A stretch of DNA of 32,000 bases from Telmatocola sphagniphila (lineage in GTDB: Bacteria > Planctomycetota > Planctomycetia > Gemmatales > Gemmataceae). Numbering within the stretch: the first letter of the stretch is position 1; each line of letters begins with the position of its first letter. The notes beneath the pieces are model-generated. The model was not told where the DNA came from. It saw only the letters and a program-made list of their open reading frames with translations, and did no database searches. The translations under genes and the position numbers were made by a program. The DNA is taken from the NCBI RefSeq assembly GCF_018398935.1, contig NZ_CP074694.1, positions 5,400,001 to 5,432,000 of the forward strand. The letters run 5' to 3'. Shown here in pieces: positions 18,898 to 26,403 of this stretch.

Positions 18898-19026
18898 AGG
18901 TCATCAGGTCATCATTTTGGGCATAGTGGAGAAACGTCTTTTTGATGACCTTCGGTTATTTCTTGGGAAATACGCCTGTTTTGGGGCGATTCGTCGAAAA
19001 CGGATTTTGAATCAAACTGATGACCT
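18898..19026. repeat. Cluster of four 9-mer sites AGGTCATCA / TGATGACCT in non-coding DNA
   Basis: AGGTCATCA occurs at 18898-18906 and 18906-18914 (overlapping tandem). The reverse complement TGATGACCT occurs at 18943-18951 and 19018-19026. All four are exact. Confidence 0.5.
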
Positions 19027-19600
19027 CCTTCTTTGAAGAAATGTTCGCGATCTAGTGCGAGAACGAAGAGAATTGGACAGCTAATGCTCTCAGGCGGGCC
19101 TTTGAAATCGGAAAAGGACCTATTCCCTGCACACTATAGCATAACCTTGTTGAATTGAATAACTATGTGCGTTGTTAGACGGCGGGAATCGATTTGAACG
19201 ATTCTTATTAGCGACGCGCTAGCGGAGCGCTATTAGTACGCACTGCATCGAGACTGTCGCGTGCATTCCCTTTACATTTCGTGCTCCTCATTGAACGAAG
19301 TAATGCTCCGTTGTCGCGGTTAATATTCGGCGTGTTAGGGGCGATTTGCCGGTGCAGAAAGAGGGAAATTTCTTGCAAATCTTCGAGGAGCGAAAGTATT
19401 TTTGGGCAAAAAAATTGGTTTAAGATAACGCACTGTCAGGTACCTAGTGCCACCCCACGGCCCGCGCGCATAAACGGGTAAAATAGAAGATCTGGCGCGT
19501 TGTAATTTTTTGTGTTAGAACGGTCCTAATTGTTCGGCAATCCGTAGACTCAGGTGTAATTGTCTAGGTGATGTGTCCGACATTTTTTAAGGACTGTCGG

Positions 19601-20743
19601 ATGGCCGAGAAACTCGTTGATATTGAAAGCATCGGTTCCTATTTCGAATCGCTCAGCGACCCTCGACACGAACGCAATCGCAAGCATCGACTTTTGGACG
19701 TCATCGTCCTTTCTATCGTCGGCATCCTTTGTGGGGCCAGTGGTCCGACCGCCATTCACCGGATTGCGGTTCAGCGTAAAGAATGGCTCCAGGGTTTTTT
19801 GACGTTAGCCAATGGGATCCCTTCGCGGGACTGCATCCGGCGGGTGTTGATGTACATCGAACCAGCGGCCTTTCAGAAGTGTTTTGAAATGTGGTCGCAG
19901 CAGATGTTTGCAACGGGAGTTCCAGGAGCGAAGCGGTTGGTTCATATTGACGGCAAGGCGTGCCGGGGTTCGCACGATGTCTCGAAGGACTTGGGTGTTT
20001 TGCACATCGTCAGCGCCTGGGCGAGCGAAGAAGGGTTGGCTTTGGGCCAGGTGGCGTGTGCGGATAAATCCAATGAAATTACGGCGATTCCTGAACTTTT
20101 GCGGCAGATTTCGGTGAAAGATTGTTTGATAAGCATTGATGCGATGGGTTGTCAAAAAGAGATCGCTTCGGCCATCGTCGACAAAGAAGGGGATTACGTT
20201 TTGGCGGTGAAGCAGAATCAACCCACGCTCTACAACGAGGTCGAAAAGAATTTTCTAGCCAGCTACGAAGAAGAGGTTGAAGGGTTGAAATATCGGGACT
20301 TCGAAACGCGAGAACGAGGCCACGGTCGTTTCGACGAACGGTCGTACCGAGTGATGCCGATTCCAAAGGATTGGCCCTTGAAAAAAGAGTGGCCGAGCGT
20401 CAAAGCCCTTGGCCAGGCGATTCGTGTGAGCCAGGAGGGAAACGACCTCGAGACGGTCGAGGTGCGCTACTACATCCTGAATCGCCAAGCGGGAGTAAAG
20501 AGGTTTGCGGAAGCCGTGCGAAGTCATTGGTCGATCGAATCGATGCACTGGGTGCTGGACGTTGTGTTTCGGGAAGATGAGAGCCGAACACGCGAGCGAA
20601 TTCTAGGCAACAATTTGAGTTGGCTAAGACGCTATGCCGTATCTTTATTGAAGAACTACGACATGAAAGACAGCATCCGAGGCAAAATGACCTGCTGCTT
20701 ACTCAACACGGACATTTTGACACAAGTGCTGATAGGAAAATAA
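19601..20743 (+). CDS. ISAs1-family (H-repeat-associated) DDE transposase, apparently intact
   Basis: From the ATG at 19601: FESLSDPRHERNRKHRLLDVIVLSIVGILCGASG (DDE_Tnp_1-associated N-terminus), IDGKACRGS, ISIDAMGCQKEIA and HWSIESMHWVLDVVFREDESR. These are signature motifs of ISAs1/IS1358-type transposases. IS ends could not be defined. Confidence 0.9.
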   Translation: MAEKLVDIESIGSYFESLSDPRHERNRKHRLLDVIVLSIVGILCGASGPTAIHRIAVQRKEWLQGFLTLANGIPSRDCIRRVLMYIEPAAFQKCFEMWSQQMFATGVPGAKRLVHIDGKACRGSHDVSKDLGVLHIVSAWASEEGLALGQVACADKSNEITAIPELLRQISVKDCLISIDAMGCQKEIASAIVDKEGDYVLAVKQNQPTLYNEVEKNFLASYEEEVEGLKYRDFETRERGHGRFDERSYRVMPIPKDWPLKKEWPSVKALGQAIRVSQEGNDLETVEVRYYILNRQAGVKRFAEAVRSHWSIESMHWVLDVVFREDESRTRERILGNNLSWLRRYAVSLLKNYDMKDSIRGKMTCCLLNTDILTQVLIGK

Positions 20744-20763
20744 CTTCCAATACGCGCTGGCCG

Positions 20764-20834
20764 TGGTGCCACCCAAGCCATTACAGGATAATGACTTGCG
20801 CTTATTGAGAAAGGATGTCAGTACCACCCGCCGG
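20764..20834 (+). repeat. Solo copy of the ~68-bp terminal-repeat unit (right-end orientation) abutting the transposase stop
   Basis: GTGGTGCCACCCAAGCCATTACAGGATAATGACTTGCGCTTATTGAGAAAGGATGTCAGTACCACCCGCCGG aligns with the right terminal unit at 25242-25313. Shared parts are the GTGCCACCCAAG start, the ATAATGACTTG core and the CAGTxxCACCCGxCGG end. Confidence 0.65.
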
Positions 20835-21049
20835 GGCTAGCATGGTACACCGCTGGCGGGTAAATTAACCAGTTCTATCCCCATTTTGACTTGAATTTTC
20901 ACATTAGAGGGAGGGTTCAACAGATAGAGCAACCGAGATCGCCAGTGGTTCTAGAGCCATTCCTGACATATCCTTTGCTAGAGAAGCGAGGTATACTCAA
21001 CAAAAACCACTGGGGAGTGAATTGTCCCGGATTGGTCGCCTAGGGAGTT

Positions 21050-22069
21050 GTGTGTGTGGCTACTGCTGAGCAACTAAAAGCACTGATTAAAAGCCACACG
21101 TCGAGCAATGACGAACACTTCCGCACTGTGGCGCTGCAAATCGCCGCGCACACTGCTAAGCAAGGAAATACCCGTCTTGCCGACGAACTTCGTGCTCTTG
21201 TGGAAGAAGGTCGTCGAAAACAAGCCACGGCAGGGACGCCGCGTGCGATACCAATCGCTCGACCATCAGGCGAACTCGCAGGCCTTGTTGCCGCCAGCTA
21301 TCCAAACACTCGGCTAATTGATATGGTGCTCACTGAGAGCATCCGCCACCAGCTCGAAGAAGCAGTCCAACAGCATCGACAACGAGACCGCTTACGCACT
21401 CACGGTTTCGCGCCGAAGCGACGTCTACTCCTTGTCGGTCCTCCCGGTTGCGGAAAGACCATGACTGCTACGGCACTCGCAGGAGAGTGCCAACTTCCAT
21501 TGATGTTCGTGCAGCTTCACAGTCTGATCACGAAATACATGGGTGAGACTGCGGCGAAGCTACACGTTGTTTTCGATGCGATGGCAGAGACCCGAGGCGT
21601 CTATTTATTCGATGAGTTTGACGCAATTGGAGCGACTCGAACAGCAGGCAACGATGTCGGCGAGATTCGCCGAGTACTCAATTCGTTTCTTCAATTCATG
21701 GAGCGAGACGACTCAGACAGTATCATCGTAGCCGCGACAAATTTCATGGAAATGTTAGACGACGCACTGTTTCGTCGTTTCGACGATGTGATTCGATATT
21801 CGCCTCCTAACAGTAAAGCCATCCGGTCGCTTATCGAATCAAGACTCAGCTCTTTCACCCTTACCGGCTTGCGGTGGCAAAAACTGCTTACTGCTGCCAA
21901 GGGGTTGAGTCATGCCGAGGTGGCACGTTCTTGCGACGCCGCCGCTCGCACGACCATTCTAGGTGGTGATACGACACTGACAGGCGATCAACTCGTACAA
22001 GCCCTTTCTGCGCGTAGCGGAATGCGGTTGCATTCTCCAAAATCCAGGAAAAAAACTTCGCATGATTGA
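21050..22069 (+). CDS. AAA+ ATPase (classic clade), IetA-like partner of the downstream subtilase
   Basis: Walker A GPPGCGKT (21437-21460). Walker B VYLFDEFD (Asp-Glu codons at 21611-21616). Sensor-1 region is IIVAATN, and LDDALFRRFD carries the arginine-finger region. GTG start at 21050 is preceded by GGGAG; GTG at 21056 is also possible. The stop overlaps the next gene by 8 nt. Confidence 0.85.
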   Translation: MCVATAEQLKALIKSHTSSNDEHFRTVALQIAAHTAKQGNTRLADELRALVEEGRRKQATAGTPRAIPIARPSGELAGLVAASYPNTRLIDMVLTESIRHQLEEAVQQHRQRDRLRTHGFAPKRRLLLVGPPGCGKTMTATALAGECQLPLMFVQLHSLITKYMGETAAKLHVVFDAMAETRGVYLFDEFDAIGATRTAGNDVGEIRRVLNSFLQFMERDDSDSIIVAATNFMEMLDDALFRRFDDVIRYSPPNSKAIRSLIESRLSSFTLTGLRWQKLLTAAKGLSHAEVARSCDAAARTTILGGDTTLTGDQLVQALSARSGMRLHSPKSRKKTSHD

Positions 22070-24746
22070 GAAGCCCCATCTCAGGTTGCACAACACAGCC
22101 CAACCTCTCGATTATACATCAACAATAACCGGCAGTAGAAAGGTTTTCGACCTTCCTCCGCGTGATCCTTCAATTCACGCTCCAAAGTTAAAGGCGGAAA
22201 TTGATGCAGCAAGTGCAAATGCTCAGTTACGCCGTAAGGCCAACCAAAGTCTGACACCCGACGTTCTTGCAAGAAAACCAGAAGGGATGATTCTGACATT
22301 TGAAAGCGATCCCGGAGGTGAACTCAAACTCGAAAGTCTGGAAGACCAGCGTGCTGGCATCAAGGTAGTCAGCGTCAACCAAGTTGATGGTATTGAGCAA
22401 GCCAAAGTATTCGTCCCCGAAGGAAAGCAGACGTTCTTGCTGCGAAAGATTGACGAGTACACATCTCATGCCACTTTGACCATTGATGGAGACTTGTCAA
22501 ACCGGCCTCGACTGGAAGCTCTGGCTGATTTGGAACTCGGTATTCGCGTAATCGCCAAAGATCGCCCGGGAGATAAGGTTCGAGTCACAATCAAATGTCC
22601 AGCAGCCGAGGCAGACCGCATCGCTGCCGAGGTGTCATCATTTGCAACCGTAAAAAAATCGGCCCGAAAGAACGAGCCTCTCATACATAGTATCGCTGCT
22701 GTTCGGCTCGCACTCGTTCATGATTTCTGGCAAGGCTCAGGTCCCCCGCCGACAACAAAGTCGCCAATGTGGTGGGAAGTTTGGCTACACGGTCGGCGAG
22801 ACAAAGCAGTGGAACGGTTTGATCGTTTCCGAGAGATCGCACGGCACCTCGGCATCCGAACTGGCTCAAGATTTATCGCGTTTCCTGAAAGAGTCGTGTT
22901 TGTCGCCTACGCCACGGCCACTCAGTTTGCAGAATCCATAGACTTGTTGACTATGCTCTCGGAACTCAGACGAGCGAAAGAACTTCCAACACCTTACGTA
23001 ACGCTAAGTGTTATCGATCAGCGAGCTTTCAGCCAGAATTTACTGACTTCACTTCAGCCTCCGCGTGCTGACGCTCCATCTGTTTGCTTGCTTGACAGCG
23101 GGGTTAATCGAGGCCATCCGCTACTAGATGTCGCACTAAGCGAGCAAGACGTATTTGCAGTGGATTCAGAATGGGGAACAGCAGATCACGATACATACCA
23201 ACACGGAACGGGCATGGCTGGTATCGCACTCTACGGTTGCCTAACAAAAGTTCTTGCCCAGTCCGGAATAGTATCTCTTAGTCACCGATTGGAATCCGTC
23301 AAAATACTCCCACCCCCTCCCAAAGCAAATGACCCTGATCTGTATGGGGCAATCACTCAGCAAGCCGCATCACTAGCAACCATCAGAAATCCGAATCGTA
23401 ACCGCGTTTACTGCATGGCTGTCACATCTGATTCAAGCGACAACGGGCTTCCGTCATCTTGGTCTGCGGCCCTTGATGAAATGTGTGCTGGTGTGGTTGA
23501 TGAGACCCCTAAGTTATTCTTTGTCTCTGCGGGTAACATCCGAAGCGAATTTCACGCAACCAGCTACAAATATCACGCTTGGAATTGTGAGCAGGCCGGT
23601 GTCGAAGACCCAGCCCAATCGTGGAATGCTATTACGGTCGGAGCATATACCGAAAAAGTTGCAATTAGCGAATCCGACTTTGAGGGATGGCAACCGCTTG
23701 CCGAACCAGGGGATCTGTGCCCGACAAGTAGGACATCGCTTGCTTGGCCCACTGACCAACATAAAGGCTGGCCGACGAAGCCGGATTTTGTCTGTGAAGG
23801 AGGAAATTACGTTGAGATCGCTGGCAAGCGTTCCAGTGCAGATGACCTTTCACTTCTCACGACCATACTACATCCAAGTGGTCGTCTGTTTGAAACAACC
23901 AGAGATACAAGTCCCGCCACTGCTGAAGCTGCGCGACTAGCGGCCACTCTTTGGAGCCACTATCCCACGTTGCGTCCGGAAACTTTACGTGCATTGCTCG
24001 TCCACTCATCACGTTGGACGGATGCGATGTATCGTCGGTTCCCAGGTGACAAGAAGTCACAGATTCAAAGGCGACTTCGAACTTATGGTTACGGCGTGCC
24101 AGACTTAAACCGAGCGCTCTACAGTTTGGTAAACGCCGTAACTCTCGTTTACGAGGGTGGACTTCAGCCTTTTAAGTTAGATGCGCAAAAACAGCCAAAG
24201 ACAAATGAAATGCACTTACATTCTCTACCGTGGCCCAAAAAAACCTTGGAGGATCTTGGCAAAACAGAAGTTTCAATGCGGGTCACATTATCGTATTTCA
24301 TTGAGCCAAGCCCGGGACGAGTTGGTTGGGAAAACAAACACCGCTACCAGTCACACGGCCTTCGTTTCGACGTTATTCGTCCAACAGAAATGCTATCAGA
24401 GTTTCGACAGCGAGTTTCTCGTGCCGAATGGGATGACCCGAAAAACCCCAAGAGTAGACCCGATACTGTTGCCGAGACGCGAAACTGGATTGTCGGCGAA
24501 GACGGCCGGACGCATGGCTCCATTCATTCTGATTGGTGGACTGGAACAGCTGCGGAACTTGCGGCCGCAGGTCACTTAGCTGTATATCCAGTAACTGGTT
24601 GGTGGCGTGAGCGGCCTCATCTCGGAAGGGTGGCTCAAAGGACACGTTACAGTCTCATTATCTCAATCGAGACACCAGATACTGCAGTGGATCTCTACAC
24701 TCCAATCGAAGTCTCGTCGAATGTTAAGACCGAAGTGTTGGTGTGA
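22062..24746 (+). CDS. Cytoplasmic S8 (subtilisin-like) serine peptidase with large N- and C-terminal extensions, IetS-like
   Basis: 894 aa with no signal peptide. Subtilase motifs occur in canonical order: CLLDSGV (Asp codon 23094), QHGTGMAG (His codon 23202), VSAGN (Asn codon 23535) and RDTSPATAEAA (Ser codon 23910). About 340 aa at the N-terminus and ~270 aa at the C-terminus are unassigned. Confidence 0.85.
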   Translation: MIEKPHLRLHNTAQPLDYTSTITGSRKVFDLPPRDPSIHAPKLKAEIDAASANAQLRRKANQSLTPDVLARKPEGMILTFESDPGGELKLESLEDQRAGIKVVSVNQVDGIEQAKVFVPEGKQTFLLRKIDEYTSHATLTIDGDLSNRPRLEALADLELGIRVIAKDRPGDKVRVTIKCPAAEADRIAAEVSSFATVKKSARKNEPLIHSIAAVRLALVHDFWQGSGPPPTTKSPMWWEVWLHGRRDKAVERFDRFREIARHLGIRTGSRFIAFPERVVFVAYATATQFAESIDLLTMLSELRRAKELPTPYVTLSVIDQRAFSQNLLTSLQPPRADAPSVCLLDSGVNRGHPLLDVALSEQDVFAVDSEWGTADHDTYQHGTGMAGIALYGCLTKVLAQSGIVSLSHRLESVKILPPPPKANDPDLYGAITQQAASLATIRNPNRNRVYCMAVTSDSSDNGLPSSWSAALDEMCAGVVDETPKLFFVSAGNIRSEFHATSYKYHAWNCEQAGVEDPAQSWNAITVGAYTEKVAISESDFEGWQPLAEPGDLCPTSRTSLAWPTDQHKGWPTKPDFVCEGGNYVEIAGKRSSADDLSLLTTILHPSGRLFETTRDTSPATAEAARLAATLWSHYPTLRPETLRALLVHSSRWTDAMYRRFPGDKKSQIQRRLRTYGYGVPDLNRALYSLVNAVTLVYEGGLQPFKLDAQKQPKTNEMHLHSLPWPKKTLEDLGKTEVSMRVTLSYFIEPSPGRVGWENKHRYQSHGLRFDVIRPTEMLSEFRQRVSRAEWDDPKNPKSRPDTVAETRNWIVGEDGRTHGSIHSDWWTGTAAELAAAGHLAVYPVTGWWRERPHLGRVAQRTRYSLIISIETPDTAVDLYTPIEVSSNVKTEVLV

Positions 24747-24866
24747 AGTCAAAATTTATGGTTCTTCTCCAATTTTAATGGGTAAGTGCTGCAATGAATT
24801 CACGGCGGGGTGGCACTGGCAACCCTAACCTGTAACCGCAAGTCATTATACAGTAATAGTTTGGGT

Positions 24867-24888
24867 GGCACTGGCTATTGCCAGTGCC
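24867..24888. repeat. Perfect 9-bp-stem hairpin GGCACTGGC-TATT-GCCAGTGCC at the inner edge of the left terminal unit
   Basis: Read directly. Its reverse complement is identical to the hairpin at 29216-29237 that immediately precedes the group II intron. Confidence 0.8.
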
Positions 24889-24942
24889 GGATAGAATGAC
24901 GAAACCAATACCTAATCCCACTTATCCCGAATTCTAGCCTGA

Positions 24943-25185
24943 TTCCTGAAAAATAGGCTGGCTGCATGGGCAGATCCAGCTTTCGAAATTACGGACTCCT
25001 TCCCTCCTGACGAATGGTTGAAGGGATATCCATTCGAGCGAGCCATGGACTGTAAATGGTCCTCAGCCAAGTTTTACTCCCAGAAGACTCTGGAACAGCG
25101 AGATCGAGATTTGCCAATTAGTCAGGGTTTTCCTGAAGATTGGCAAGAATACGAGCTAACAAGTCGTGAATTCCTTGTGGTTTGA
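24943..25185 (+). pseudogene. Start-less 80-codon open frame inside MITE-like copy 1 (gene remnant)
   Basis: Open from the TGA at 24940 to the TGA at 25183. It translates as FLKNRLAAWADPAFEITDSFPPDEWLKGYPFERAMDCKWSSAKFYSQKTLEQRDRDLPISQGFPEDWQEYELTSREFLVV. No ATG/GTG occurs near its 5' end. The paralogous frame in copy 2 (about 28931-29175) is broken by a 2-nt insertion. Confidence 0.35.
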
Positions 25186-25517
25186 AATAGGGTGATTTGA
25201 TGTCGAAAATGGATGAGTTCCTTATGGCACTATCAGATACACAGTGCCACCCAAGTATTTGCTGTATAATGACTTGTGATTATTGGGAGGGGTTGCCAGT
25301 GTCACCCGTCGGGCAAGCTCACTTTGCCAAAGAGAAAGCCCTTCTCTCTTGGCCAGGGCGTGAGTGATTACCAAATGAGGGCGTAAAGGATCAAATCTTA
25401 AATCATGATAATAATTTTGTAAGTAATAAGCCGAATTCTTTTCTAATGGCTTTGACTAATAATCGAGTACTGCTTAATATTAGGCTCAACTTCAGTGCTC
25501 AGGAGTAGCCTTCGCCA

Positions 25518-25955
25518 ATGCCCCGCTTGATTCCAATTCCAATTTTGAATTCACTGAGATATTGGTATTTTCCAATTGCGGCATTGTTACTGTTTGCCGC
25601 TGGCACAAAAATATTTGGGCAAAGCTGGGGGCCAGATCCTCAATCCAATTGGATACTTTTACCGGTTGTGCAATCAATCGTAATAGCCTGGGAGATACTT
25701 CTCGCTAGTTTGCTCCTGTCAGGACATATACGCCACATAGCTTGGCTCTTATGTGTAATCACATTCTTAACTTTTGCATTGGTTAGCGCTGATTTAGCAC
25801 AAGAAGGTTTTCCTACTTGTAACTGCTTTGGCCCAGTTGCTGTAAATCCGTGGCTGATCTTCGGGTTTGATACGCTGGTTGTATGTTTTCTATTTCTTGC
25901 CGTCCAGTACCTTTTAAAATTCGAGCTGAGATCTTGCGGCATGGATTTTCTCTAG
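25518..25955 (+). CDS. MauE/DoxX-family redox-associated membrane protein
   Basis: 145 aa with four hydrophobic helices. It has the family-typical Cys-x-Cys-Phe-Gly motif (CNCFG) after the third helix. AGGAG lies 12 nt upstream of the ATG. Confidence 0.6.
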   Translation: MPRLIPIPILNSLRYWYFPIAALLLFAAGTKIFGQSWGPDPQSNWILLPVVQSIVIAWEILLASLLLSGHIRHIAWLLCVITFLTFALVSADLAQEGFPTCNCFGPVAVNPWLIFGFDTLVVCFLFLAVQYLLKFELRSCGMDFL

Positions 25956-25969
25956 CCAAAGTGGTTTTG

Positions 25970-26350
25970 ATGATTGGCACAGTAATGGTGTGGTTGTCTG
26001 CAAGCGGCGCAATCCATGCAGCAATTTGCATCATCACGGGAAGAGTTTTAGAAGTTGAGCGTTACGTGGACTTTGGTGAGGTACATCCCCAGGAAAAATT
26101 TATTCATGAATTGACTATCAGAAATTCGAGCAGTATTGAACTGAATGTGGTAGGTGGCACGAGTGATTGCTCTTGTCTTGTAATAAATGTACCACAGTCA
26201 ATTCCTCCAAACGGCAGTGCATCTGTTCAAGTGCTGCTAAAAGTTCCCTCTGAAGCGAGAAGTCGAATTATTCGATGGGTTCAACTGTATACTGATTTAC
26301 CCAACCAGCCGCGTTTGCGGATAGCGATCGGTTACAATGTCAGCAGATAG
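25970..26350 (+). CDS. DUF1573-domain (PapD/ASH-like beta-sandwich) protein with an N-terminal signal anchor
   Basis: From the ATG at 25970 (the GTG at 25961 is also possible): signal anchor MIGTVMVWLSASGAIHAAICII, then VDFGEVHPQEKFIHELTIRNSSSIELNVVGGTSDCSCLV...IPPNGSASVQVLLKV. This follows the DUF1573 pattern (DFG..., N.G...L, SCGC-like, PG....I.V). The longer track ORF overlaps the upstream gene. Confidence 0.6.
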   Translation: MIGTVMVWLSASGAIHAAICIITGRVLEVERYVDFGEVHPQEKFIHELTIRNSSSIELNVVGGTSDCSCLVINVPQSIPPNGSASVQVLLKVPSEARSRIIRWVQLYTDLPNQPRLRIAIGYNVSR

Positions 26351-26403
26351 TTCGCCGGAGACAGGTTTCGGCAGCTTAAGGTTCGTTGAATCAGGCGTTC
26401 GTG

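Larger units (their letters stand above)
24803..25313 (+). mobile_element. MITE-like non-autonomous element, copy 1 (~510 bp, ~68-bp terminal inverted repeats)
   Basis: The left unit (24807-24874) is GGGGTGGCACTGG...CAAGTCATTAT...GGGTGGCACTGG. The right unit (25242-25307) is its imperfect reverse complement, CAGTGCCACCCAAG...ATAATGACTTG...CCAGTGTCACCC. A second copy lies at 28790 onward. No transposase is encoded inside. Confidence 0.6.

Noticed and set aside
18650-19481. Plus-strand ORFs 18650..18895 (81 aa) and 19281..19481 (66 aa) in the leader of the accessory region.
   Set aside because: They have no recognisable motifs, poor coding character and no ribosome-binding sites. The first begins inside the VOC gene stop region. 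I treated the stretch as non-coding.
24807-24874. Possibility that the 68-nt units are integron attC sites and the five-gene segment an integron cassette array. Group IIC-attC introns would fit this idea.
   Set aside because: No IntI-type integrase or attI is present in the window. The unit has two direct motifs, not the R''-L''/L'-R' inverted architecture. The nearest core-like strings (CCCTAAC / GTTAGGG) do not fit RYYYAAC / GTTRRRY. The segment carries five genes between only two repeats.
24864-24884. Sigma-54 promoter-like string TGGCAC-N6-TTGC inside the repeat motif and hairpin (GGTGGCACTGGCTATTGCC).
   Set aside because: The GG-to-GC spacing is one nt longer than the strict -24/-12 spacing. 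The match is a by-product of the GGCACTGGC/GCCAGTGCC palindrome. No gene is positioned to be driven by it.
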